Shown here piece after piece: positions 20,895-29,480 of a DNA stretch of 32,000 nt. Origin of the DNA: Nitrosospira multiformis ATCC 25196. GTDB lineage: Bacteria; Pseudomonadota; Gammaproteobacteria; Burkholderiales; Nitrosomonadaceae. Made by a program: the position numbers and the translations under genes. A model generated the notes under the pieces. That model made no database searches, was not told the DNA's origin, and worked only from the letters and a program-made list of their open reading frames with translations. Numbering within the stretch: the stretch's first letter is position 1; the number at the start of each line of letters is the position of its first letter. The stretch lies in the NCBI RefSeq assembly GCF_000196355.1, contig NC_007614.1, positions 420,001-452,000 of the forward strand, written 5' to 3'.

Positions 20895-22111
20895 GCAAGG
20901 GTTGTGAAAAGAATGCTCGCATTGTTGCCACCAAATCCGAAAGCGTTACACAAGCCGGTGCGGACACTTCTTTTCTGCGCAACGTTGGGGGTGTAGTCGA
21001 GGTCACACTCGGGATCGGCCTCATCAAGATTGATGGTCGGATGAATGGTGCCGGTATGAAGCGCCATGATGGTGGCGATACTGCCGATTGCTGCCGATGC
21101 GCCGATGGAATGCCCTACCATCGATTTGGTGGCGCTGATGGCAATGTCAGCAGCACGCGCTCCAAAAAGATTTTTTATTGCCCGCGTTTCGACTGTATCC
21201 CCCAGCGGTGTGGAAGTCGCATGCGCATTGATATGCTCAATGGAATCCAGCTCCATTCCCGCATCACGGATGGCTTCCTGCATGGCAGCGATCTGGCCTT
21301 CCATGTCGGGCATGACAATATGCGTTGCATCACATGCCTGTCCATAGCCGGCAAGCTCGGCATATATTTTTGCTCCCCGCTGGCGGGCCTGCTCTTCCTT
21401 CTCGAGGATCAGTATTCCCGCACCCTCTCCCATGACAAAACCATCGCGGCCTTTTGCGAAAGGACGCGAGGCTCTGGCTGGATTATCGTTGGAAGTGGTG
21501 GTCAGGGCGTGCAATATCTCAAAACCGTTGATGGTGAGCGGCAATACGCATGCTTCAGCACCGCCGGCGACCACAACGTCCGCTCTTCCTGCACGCAGGA
21601 GATCGAGTGCCGCACCGATGGCATTGGCTCCCGAAGAGCAAGCTGTACTGGAGGTCAGGTTCATGCCTTTGAACCCATGCCTGATCGCGATCCAGGCCGC
21701 AGCGGAGTTGGCCATTGTGCGTGGTACGGTGAAAGGCGGGACCGGCTGACTCCGAAACTTGCGCAGCGCGGACGATTCAAAGGTGGAAAAACCACCCATT
21801 CCCGAACCTATGCTCACCCCGATGCGGCGAGATTCATAAGCCTCAAGGCCGCCGGCGTCCTCGAGGGCAAGACGCGCAGCAAGCAGGGCAAGCTGGGTGA
21901 ACCTGTCGGTTTGCTCGATATACTTTTGAGAGAGGAAGGTTGAAGGATCAAAGTCCGTCACTTCTCCTGCAATTTGGGAACGCCTGCTCGATGCATCAAA
22001 GCTGGTTATCCTTTTTATTCCGCTCACACCCTTGACAGCGGCTGACCAGAACTGGTCAACCCCGATACCAATGGGGGAAACAACTCCCATTCCTGTAACG
22101 ACTACACGCAT
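20891..22111 (-). CDS. FabF-like beta-ketoacyl-ACP synthase
   Basis: 406 aa; MRVVVTGMGVVSPIG, active-site TSSTACSSGANAIG, NAHATSTPLGDTVE, SVMVGHSIGASAAI-like segment (KSMVGHSIGASAAIGSI), NAFGFGGNNASIL. Confidence 0.93.
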   Translation of the reverse strand: MRVVVTGMGVVSPIGIGVDQFWSAAVKGVSGIKRITSFDASSRRSQIAGEVTDFDPSTFLSQKYIEQTDRFTQLALLAARLALEDAGGLEAYESRRIGVSIGSGMGGFSTFESSALRKFRSQPVPPFTVPRTMANSAAAWIAIRHGFKGMNLTSSTACSSGANAIGAALDLLRAGRADVVVAGGAEACVLPLTINGFEILHALTTTSNDNPARASRPFAKGRDGFVMGEGAGILILEKEEQARQRGAKIYAELAGYGQACDATHIVMPDMEGQIAAMQEAIRDAGMELDSIEHINAHATSTPLGDTVETRAIKNLFGARAADIAISATKSMVGHSIGASAAIGSIATIMALHTGTIHPTINLDEADPECDLDYTPNVAQKRSVRTGLCNAFGFGGNNASILFTTLA

Positions 22112-22297
22112 ACAAAACCGGAAATAATCATGGGAATCTGCTCGACCTCATTATGGGGAGGTATTCAATGCAGCGAACAGGTGAGCGCTCGTTATGTAAT
22201 GGGCAGCCTAAATGAGCAGCGGAGTCCGCCCGGAATCGTTGACCGGCCATTGACTGAAGGCTTCCGGGTCTCACGGTTGCGCAGGACACTCGTATTG

Positions 22298-22552
22298 CTA
22301 TTTTGCGTTGAATATCATTGGGAACAGGTATCTCAATATGCCTCCCATAATCCAGATGACGAGTAATAAACTCGAGATGACCGCTGCCCCTTCGATAAGC
22401 GCTGACACGAGCGTTGCAGCCAAGCTATCGAATTCCTGTTGCCCGGCTTCGTTGCGCCGGCGCTTGCGGCGGTTCCTTACCCATACTTGCAGCCCGATAA
22501 CGACAGGAATAAGGGCGAGAGACACTAGCAGGTTATACTCAGAACTTTCCAT
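22298..22552 (-). CDS. Small hypothetical membrane protein
   Basis: 84 aa ORF with two hydrophobic segments separated by a basic stretch (VRNRRKRRRN); no overlapping better ORF, but no recognised family. Confidence 0.4.
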   Translation of the reverse strand: MESSEYNLLVSLALIPVVIGLQVWVRNRRKRRRNEAGQQEFDSLAATLVSALIEGAAVISSLLLVIWIMGGILRYLFPMIFNAK

Positions 22553-22926
22553 CGATAATCAACCTTCCGCAAATAATCGTTACAGAATCCATTACCAGTC
22601 GCTGTTTTTTCTTTTACTTCATTCGCTATACTGCACCGCTCGTTTCCGGACTGAGTGCGCGAAGATCGCGGGGATAAATGCTGAAGTCCGCCCTCAGTTA
22701 GCAGACCGGCAATTATAATATCACACGTCAACAAGGTGTCATCGAGTTAACAAGTTAACATATCCGCCCGGTATGGACGATTCTGCCGGGATTGGGTAAA
22801 GCAGAAACCGTTTCGATCTTCAACTCATTTTCGGGGCGCAGTCTTTCAAGGTACAAACGTTTCCGGTCTCCGGAGGCAATGCGACCGTGGAATATCCACG
22901 TCCGATCATCACTTGGCCAGTTTTAC

Positions 22927-24081
22927 ATGAAAAAAAAGATTAGCGGCCCGCACTTCCCGGAAGTCATTGTCCGTCCGGTCAGAAGCTATCGGGAAATGGG
23001 AATTTTTATCGATATTCCCTGGAGTATTTACGCTGACGATCCCATGTGGGTGCCTCCTTTACGGCTTGAGCGGCGACTACATTTTTCGAGATTCAATCCC
23101 TTTTTCAAGCACGGAAAATGGCAGGCCTGGATTGCATACAGGGATGATCAGCCGGTGGGAAGGATCAGCGCCCAGATCGATCAACTGCATCGGGAACGCT
23201 ACGGCGGTCATACCGGACATTTCGGTCTGTTCGAATGCATAGATGACAAGGAGGTTTCAGCCGCCCTCTTCCAGATGGCTGAGGCATGGCTGGGGGCGGA
23301 GCAGACGAGACATGTGACAGGCCCCTTCAATTTATCGATCAACCAGGAATGCGGCATATTGGTGGACGGTTTTGATAAGCCGCCAGTAGTGATGATGCCC
23401 CACTCCCGCAGATGGTACGGTCGCCTGCTGGAGGAACAAGGGTATCAACAGGCAAAGGATTTGCTTGCCTATTGGATAGAACTCGATTTCAAGGTGCCGC
23501 GGCTGATGGACGCCTTGATCGGTAAATTTGCGGATCAGGTGCACCTGAGAACTCTGCGCCGCGACAAGTTCAACGAGGAACTGGAAGTCCTGCGTGATAT
23601 ATTCAACGATGCCTGGTCCGAGAATTGGGGTTTCGTTCCTTTTACCCAGGCGGAGTTCGCGGAACTTGGCGCCAGCCTTCGCTTGCTCGTACCCGATGAT
23701 TGTATCCAGATTGCGGAGGTCGACGGGGTGCCCGCTGCGTTCATGGTGGCATTGCCAAACCTCAACGAAATTTTTGCCGAGCTGAACGGACACTTGTTTC
23801 CGTTTGGCTGGACCAGACTGGTCCGGATCAGATCCAGGGGAGGAGTGCGTACCGGTCGCATCCCATTAATGGGAGTACGCAGGCGCTTCCATAATACTCC
23901 GCTCGGTATGGCGCTTGCCTTCATGGTCATCGACGCGCCGAGGGAACTCGGACGAGTCATGGGAGTGAAGGCAATGGAATTATCCTGGATACTCGAGGAC
24001 AACAAACCCATGCGTGCCATTCTGGATAGTTTGGGCTGCAGGGAGTATAAACGTTACCGGATTTACCAGAAGATGCTGTGA
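22927..24081 (+). CDS. GNAT-fold N-acyltransferase-like protein, similar in character to bacterial ceramide synthase (bCerS) homologues
   Basis: Starts MKKKISGPHFPEVIVRPVRSYREMGIFIDIPWSIYADDPMWVPPLRLERRLHFSRFNPFF; VGRISAQID and GHFGLFECIDD segments; C-terminal MELSWILEDNKPMRAILDSLGCREYKRYRIYQK. ORF extends upstream in frame to 22792. Confidence 0.7.
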   Translation: MKKKISGPHFPEVIVRPVRSYREMGIFIDIPWSIYADDPMWVPPLRLERRLHFSRFNPFFKHGKWQAWIAYRDDQPVGRISAQIDQLHRERYGGHTGHFGLFECIDDKEVSAALFQMAEAWLGAEQTRHVTGPFNLSINQECGILVDGFDKPPVVMMPHSRRWYGRLLEEQGYQQAKDLLAYWIELDFKVPRLMDALIGKFADQVHLRTLRRDKFNEELEVLRDIFNDAWSENWGFVPFTQAEFAELGASLRLLVPDDCIQIAEVDGVPAAFMVALPNLNEIFAELNGHLFPFGWTRLVRIRSRGGVRTGRIPLMGVRRRFHNTPLGMALAFMVIDAPRELGRVMGVKAMELSWILEDNKPMRAILDSLGCREYKRYRIYQKML

Positions 24082-24127
24082 ATGCCGGATGGAGCAACTG
24101 AAGAACCGGAATCGGTAAAACGATGCA

Positions 24128-24976
24128 ATGAAAAAGAATGATCTGTTTACCGCCGTGGTGCTGGCAGCGGACCGCACGGCCCGCGATCCCATCTCCTTGG
24201 AAACGGGAGCACCCTGCAAGGCGTTCGCGCGCGTCGGAGGAATACCGATGATCATCCGCGTACTGGATGCGCTGGAAGCCAGCGGCATGGTGAAGAGCAT
24301 CATTTTGTGCGGGCCGCCCAAGTCCTTGCTGCCCGCTTGTCCGGAACTGCAGGAACGTATTCGCAATGGGCGCGTAGTCTGGCTGCCAAATCTCGATTCT
24401 CCCAGCCGCAGCGCTCGCAGCGGCCTCTCCCACGTGAATCAGGAGGCCCCGGTATTATTGACCACAGCCGACCACGCGTTGTTGACACCGGCCATCGTGC
24501 AATATTTTCTTCGCAACTCCCAGGCGTCGGATTGTGATGCTGCTGTCGGGGTCGTCAAATATGAAGATGTGGCAGCTGCATTTCCCGGGGCAAAGCGAAC
24601 GGTAATAAGGTTAAAGGATGCGAATATTTGCGGCTGCAACCTATATGCCTTTCTCAATGATCGCGGCCGCGGCCTCGTATCATTCTGGCAACGTGCGGAA
24701 GATCTGCGCAAGCGCCCGGTACGCTTGATCATGGAGACTTTCGGGTTTGCGACTGTCTTCTATTATCTGCTGGGGTTATTGACGATAGAAAGGGGATTGA
24801 GAGCAGTCAGAAGGAAAACCGGCATCAGGGCCCATCCGGTATTCCTGCCCTATCCTCAGGCGGGGGTCGATGTGGACAAGGTTGCAGATCTGGTACTTGC
24901 GGAATCGGTACTAGCGCGCAAGGCGCCGGCTGCCGGAGGAGGGTCCGATTTGCACGGACCCACTCCTGAAATGTGA
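24128..24976 (+). CDS. MobA/NTP-transferase-like nucleotidyltransferase
   Basis: TAVVLAADRTARDPISLETGAPCKAFARVGGIPMIIRVLDAL, followed by VLLTTADHALLTPAIVQYFL. Confidence 0.75.
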   Translation: MKKNDLFTAVVLAADRTARDPISLETGAPCKAFARVGGIPMIIRVLDALEASGMVKSIILCGPPKSLLPACPELQERIRNGRVVWLPNLDSPSRSARSGLSHVNQEAPVLLTTADHALLTPAIVQYFLRNSQASDCDAAVGVVKYEDVAAAFPGAKRTVIRLKDANICGCNLYAFLNDRGRGLVSFWQRAEDLRKRPVRLIMETFGFATVFYYLLGLLTIERGLRAVRRKTGIRAHPVFLPYPQAGVDVDKVADLVLAESVLARKAPAAGGGSDLHGPTPEM

Positions 24977-25009
24977 GAGGCTTGAATTCCGATCAACGCG
25001 ACAGGCAAC

Positions 25010-26086
25010 GTGAAAATAATAGAACGATATATCACGCGGGAACTGCTGATACCGTTTATGGTAGTCACCGTAATCCTTGCGACATTGTTTGCAAGTTTCA
25101 GTATGGCCCGTTTTCTTGCCGGAGCAGTGACAGATTCGCTTGGCCTTATCCCCGTGCTCAGGCTCGTGTTTCTGAAAACGCTGATCGCACTGGAAGTGCT
25201 GATGCCCATTGCCCTGTACGTGGCTGTCATCATGGGACTGGGTCGCCTGCACCGGGATCAGGAAATAGTCGTTTTGCGTTCCGCTGGGGTCAGCGAACAC
25301 CGCATTATCTATGCGGTGCTCATCGTTGCGATTCCTATGGGGCTTATCAGTGGTTTATTTTCCATTTTTGCGCGTCCATGGGCGTATGAGGAAAGCTACC
25401 TACTCAATGCCCAGGCAGAGGCAGAGTTGAATACGGATCGGTTCCGCGCCGGGCGTTTCTACGGCAGCGAAAAAAAAGGCCGGGTGATTTATGTGCAGGC
25501 CAAGGATAGCTCGGGCAAGCAGATGGGAGAGGTATTCCACTATCTGAACAAGCATGACAGCAGCGAGATCATTCTTGCCAAGAAAGCTCACCAGCCTGAG
25601 CTTGTGTTCGGCCAGCGCCCCCAGATACATCTGCTGGATGGCTCCATTTACCGGCTATCGCACACCGGAAAAGGCGATACCGTCGTCCAGTTTGAAAAGC
25701 TGGTTTATTTCACGGACAGCGGAAACGTAACGGATTACAGGCGCAAGGCTGCCTCTACCGCGGCATTGATGCAATCTGATCAGCCGCGGGATACTGCCGA
25801 GCTTCAGTGGCGGCTGTCGCGCCCGCTGGCAACGATCCTGCTGGCGCTGATAGCGGTGCCCTTCAGCCGCGCTTCACCCCGCCAGACAAAGGGAGATAAG
25901 ACTTATTATCTGGCAGCTCTGGTTTTCGCCATTTACTACATTTTGAGCGGATTGGCCCAGACTTGGGTCGAGCAGGGCACGATCGGGAGGGTGCCGGGTG
26001 TGTGGTGGCTCTATGCTGTCATGCTGCTGTTTGCAATCTCGTTATTATCGCCTGGTTTCTGGCGGAAGTTGCCTTTGCGCAGATGA
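25010..26086 (+). CDS. lptF: LptF-family permease
   Basis: 358 aa; MKIIERYITRELLIPFMVV, LHRDQEIVVLRSAGVSEHRI, C-terminal helices preceded by QWRLSRPLATILLALIAVPFSR. Confidence 0.9.
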   Translation: MKIIERYITRELLIPFMVVTVILATLFASFSMARFLAGAVTDSLGLIPVLRLVFLKTLIALEVLMPIALYVAVIMGLGRLHRDQEIVVLRSAGVSEHRIIYAVLIVAIPMGLISGLFSIFARPWAYEESYLLNAQAEAELNTDRFRAGRFYGSEKKGRVIYVQAKDSSGKQMGEVFHYLNKHDSSEIILAKKAHQPELVFGQRPQIHLLDGSIYRLSHTGKGDTVVQFEKLVYFTDSGNVTDYRRKAASTAALMQSDQPRDTAELQWRLSRPLATILLALIAVPFSRASPRQTKGDKTYYLAALVFAIYYILSGLAQTWVEQGTIGRVPGVWWLYAVMLLFAISLLSPGFWRKLPLRR

Positions 26087-27147
26087 CAATAATTTACCGC
26101 TACCTGGGGCTCCAGGTTTTGATGGGTCTGGGAATCGCTACCGCGGTGCTTCTGCCGCTCTTCGGTTTCCTTGATTTGCTGGATCAGCTCGATGACGTGG
26201 GAAAGGGCACGTACAGCGTCAAGGATGCGTTTCTTTATACGGCTCTACTGCTGCCGCGACGGTTTATTCAACTCGCGCCTTTCATTGCATTGATGGGCAA
26301 TGTAACTGCATTGGGAAGGCTTGCCGTCGGATCGGAACTGACGGCATTACGAGGAGCAGGGGTATCTCCGCTGGGCATCAGTCTCGCGCCGGTTGTCGTT
26401 GGAATAATTCTTTTACTGTTTATTACTGTACTGGATCAGTTCGTGGCGCCGCAATTTCAGCAGAAAGCCATTTCATCCCGCGCAGCCGCGCTCGAGAAGA
26501 GCGCCGCGCTTGGCCAACAATTAGGGATATGGACGCGGGATGAGCGGAATATACTGCGAATCGGAGAAATGCTGCATGCGAGAAGGGCGGCGAACATCGA
26601 AATAATGCATTTTGACGACAATGGCTTCCTGTTACGCTATACGTATGCCAAGTATGCTGATATCATAAACGAGGGGTTGTGGGAGTTAAGGGACGTCGTC
26701 ATCAAGACATTCAACGGCAATGCCATGGAGATCGTAAGCAGAGAATCGGTACCCTGGGAACCCTTCCTGAAGGAGGAGGATATCTCGACGTTGACCAAAT
26801 CGCCGGAAAGTCTCTCACCCGCCGAGTTATTTTTGCATGTGCATTTTCTGCGCGCCACGGGTCAGGAATCGGGCGCTTATGAGCTGGCGTTGTGGCGCAA
26901 GGCGGGTGGTGCCCTGACGACCATCGCGATGCTGTTGCTTTCGATTCCCTTTGTTTTTGGATCGGTGCGGGCAGGGCTCGGCAACCGACTCGTGGTTGCA
27001 TCGATGCTTGGAATCAGCGTCTATCTCTTCGACCAGATCACTGCCAATGCCGGCTTGTTACTGCATTTGAATCCGGCGCTGAGCGCACTTCTTCCAGGAG
27101 GGGTGCTGATCGCCGTAGCTTATTTCTGGTTACGGCGAATTTTTTAA
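26083..27147 (+). CDS. lptG: LptG-family permease
   Basis: Internal ATG at 26083: MTIIYRYLGLQVLMGLGIATAVLL; LAVGSELTALRGAGVSPLGISL; 4-nt overlap (ATGA) with lptF stop. Confidence 0.9.
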   Translation: MTIIYRYLGLQVLMGLGIATAVLLPLFGFLDLLDQLDDVGKGTYSVKDAFLYTALLLPRRFIQLAPFIALMGNVTALGRLAVGSELTALRGAGVSPLGISLAPVVVGIILLLFITVLDQFVAPQFQQKAISSRAAALEKSAALGQQLGIWTRDERNILRIGEMLHARRAANIEIMHFDDNGFLLRYTYAKYADIINEGLWELRDVVIKTFNGNAMEIVSRESVPWEPFLKEEDISTLTKSPESLSPAELFLHVHFLRATGQESGAYELALWRKAGGALTTIAMLLLSIPFVFGSVRAGLGNRLVVASMLGISVYLFDQITANAGLLLHLNPALSALLPGGVLIAVAYFWLRRIF

Positions 27148-27183
27148 CAAACCCCGGATTTGTTCACGATTTTCTTGACCTGA

Positions 27184-28467
27184 ATGCCTGCCGCAATCTC
27201 GCGGAGCACTTGCAAAACCTATCAATTGACAACTCCAGACACAGAGATAAGCAAGCAGCTGGCGGATTCGTCGATGCCTGTTTATATCCACATCATTGGC
27301 GACAGCGAAACCGATATCTGGGGCTTGAGTGGCCGGGAACGCCTGCAGCGCATGTTAAAAGCATTCGCCGGGACGAGGCTGGTTGACAATCCAGCACGGA
27401 TTCCCGCTCCTGCCTCGGCACTGCTTTTACGCGGGGATTATCTTTTTGACGCTATCGTGCTGGACGCGCTGCTCAAAGCAAAAACAGATCTTATGCTCGT
27501 CAGCGATGAGGATAAGCCAGTCGCAGTGCGGATTTCCGGTGAGAACGTGCATCAGGTGCTTGCCGAATTTGCAGGCGAAGGACAAAATCTTTCTTCCTTG
27601 CGGCGTTATGAACTGGGAGAGCTCGGTCTGCCAAATCTACGCCAGAACCTCAAGAAAAGAGATGCCCCTTACGTTTTACCGATCAGCAGGAACAGCCGCT
27701 GCAATCTGGAGTCAGAGCTCTTCAAACGGTCTTACAAAGGGGTGACCGACTTTGTGACAAAGTGGCTTTGGCCAGCGCCTGCATTTCATGCGGTACACTT
27801 CTGCATCCGTATGGGTCTGCGCCCCAACCATATTACACTGCTCAGTCTTTTGTTTGCTGTGCTGGCCGGGGTTGCGTTCTGGTATGGTTTCTATGGGTCG
27901 GGACTGGTGATGGGATGGTTCATGACCTTCCTGGACACCGTCGACGGCAAACTGGCACGGGTAACCGTTACTTCCAGCCGCTTCGGTGACGTGCTCGACC
28001 ACGGCCTGGATATCATTCATCCGCCGCTCTGGTACATTGCCTGGGGGGTGGGGTTGTCCGCCGACTATTCCTTATCCTCGCATCTGCCCCTATTATTCGC
28101 GCTGATTCTTATCGGTTACATCGGCGGACGGCTGTGTGAGGGAGCATTCCAGTTCTGGGTCGCGTCATTCGATATTTTTATCTGGCGTCCACTGGATTCC
28201 TTCAATCGGCTCATTACTGCCCGCCGCAACCCCAATCTTGTTCTGCTGACATTCGGCTGGCTGGCGGGAAGGCCGGATATCGGCCTTTTGTCCGTCGTGA
28301 TCTGGCACTTGCTTTCGACCGGTTTTCTCTTGGTGAGAGTGGCGATGGGATGGGTATCGCGCCGGTCGTGTGGACCCTTGCATTCCTGGTTTGAGGAGAT
28401 CGTTGGGGGACAGGATGAAGGAAAGCTGGCCGTTCGTATTTTTGCACCTTTAAAATCACGTAAATGA
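27184..28467 (+). CDS. CDP-alcohol phosphatidyltransferase family protein with N-terminal nucleotidyltransferase-like extension
   Basis: Complete CDP-OH-P motif DGKLARVTVTSSRFGDVLDHGLD; about 200-aa N-terminal soluble region with LLLRGDYLFDAIVLDALLKAKTDLMLVSDED. Confidence 0.85.
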   Translation: MPAAISRSTCKTYQLTTPDTEISKQLADSSMPVYIHIIGDSETDIWGLSGRERLQRMLKAFAGTRLVDNPARIPAPASALLLRGDYLFDAIVLDALLKAKTDLMLVSDEDKPVAVRISGENVHQVLAEFAGEGQNLSSLRRYELGELGLPNLRQNLKKRDAPYVLPISRNSRCNLESELFKRSYKGVTDFVTKWLWPAPAFHAVHFCIRMGLRPNHITLLSLLFAVLAGVAFWYGFYGSGLVMGWFMTFLDTVDGKLARVTVTSSRFGDVLDHGLDIIHPPLWYIAWGVGLSADYSLSSHLPLLFALILIGYIGGRLCEGAFQFWVASFDIFIWRPLDSFNRLITARRNPNLVLLTFGWLAGRPDIGLLSVVIWHLLSTGFLLVRVAMGWVSRRSCGPLHSWFEEIVGGQDEGKLAVRIFAPLKSRK

Positions 28468-29480
28468 CAGAAAGATCACGGGTCGATAGATTGAAGTCTG
28501 GAACAGGATCCGTCGGATTGCTTTTCAATCCGCTCAGTGGGCGCATCCGTAAGCGGAAGGAGGCGATCCGGCGGGCGGCGGAGGAGATTCCCGGTGCTTG
28601 CAGGGAAGTGACGAATGCTCGAGAAATCAGCGCGTCGGTGGATACGTTCGTGAACGATGGCACGGATCTCCTGATCATTATCGGCGGGGATGGCACGGTA
28701 CAGGGTGTACTGTCCCATCTGTTCGCCACTCAGCCTTTGGCAAAGTGGCCCGTCCTGACGATAGTGCCTGGCGGTACAACCAACATGACCGCGCTCGATC
28801 TCGGCATAAGAGGGAGCCCGGAATCCGTCCTGCGGCAATTGAGCGCCTCCTTTCAAAAAGATTTCCCCTCCGCGCTCGTGGAGCGTCATGTTCTTTGCAT
28901 AGAACAGGCCGGCGCGGAGAAGGTTTATGGGATGTTTTTCGGCGTGGGACTCATCGCCCGCGCCGTGATCTTTTCCCAGAGCAGGATAAAGCGGTTGGGT
29001 ATTACCGGAGAAATCTACTCTGCTCTTATCACCTTCGGTTATGTTGCAGGCTTCCTGCTCGGGCGGCGTCAGGGAGCATGGGCCCCGGTCCGGATGACCA
29101 TTACCGAGAAAACCTTATCCCGGCCCCATGGAACCTACGCGTTTCTTTTCGCCAGCACCCTCGACCGTCTGTTGTTCGGCATGAGGCCATACTGGGGCGG
29201 GCAACCGGAGCCGCTGCACGTCACATTCGTCAGGCAGCAGCGGCAGCTTCCCTTGCGTTCCGTGCTCCGGTTGTTGATAGGACGTGGAAACGATCTCAAG
29301 GACAAGGATGGTTATCATAGTTGCAACACCGATGAACTGGAGTTGCTGATCGATGACGATTACATCGTCGACGGCGAGTCTTATCGTGCCACCAGTCAGG
29401 GTGGACCCTTGCGCATTACGCCTGCTGGCCCGATCATCTTTCTGGCGGCGGAGAGGGCGGCCGCAAACGCAAAATCATGA
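28464..29480 (+). CDS. Diacylglycerol/sphingosine/ceramide kinase-like lipid kinase (DAGK catalytic family)
   Basis: GLLFNPLSGR, LLIIIGGDGTVQGVLSHL, TIVPGGTTNMTALDLGI; 4-nt overlaps with both neighbours. Confidence 0.85.
   Translation: MTERSRVDRLKSGTGSVGLLFNPLSGRIRKRKEAIRRAAEEIPGACREVTNAREISASVDTFVNDGTDLLIIIGGDGTVQGVLSHLFATQPLAKWPVLTIVPGGTTNMTALDLGIRGSPESVLRQLSASFQKDFPSALVERHVLCIEQAGAEKVYGMFFGVGLIARAVIFSQSRIKRLGITGEIYSALITFGYVAGFLLGRRQGAWAPVRMTITEKTLSRPHGTYAFLFASTLDRLLFGMRPYWGGQPEPLHVTFVRQQRQLPLRSVLRLLIGRGNDLKDKDGYHSCNTDELELLIDDDYIVDGESYRATSQGGPLRITPAGPIIFLAAERAAANAKS

Noticed and set aside
20852-21943. 363-aa plus-strand ORF opposite the FabF-like ketosynthase
   Set aside because: Antisense shadow ORF of a high-confidence gene. 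Its low-complexity Arg/Gly/Cys-rich translation matches no recognised family.
22792-22926. 45-aa upstream extension of the GNAT-like protein
   Set aside because: The residues look like translated leader sequence; the conserved domain begins just after the ATG at 22927. The alternative start cannot be fully excluded.
25963-26082. N-terminal extension of the lptG ORF
   Set aside because: It overlaps lptF coding sequence. The internal ATG at 26083 matches typical LptG starts and makes the usual ATGA coupling.
28598-29320. 240-aa plus-strand ORF overlapping the DAGK-like gene
   Set aside because: Alternate-frame translation, Arg-rich, within an intact gene carrying the GGDGT motif.
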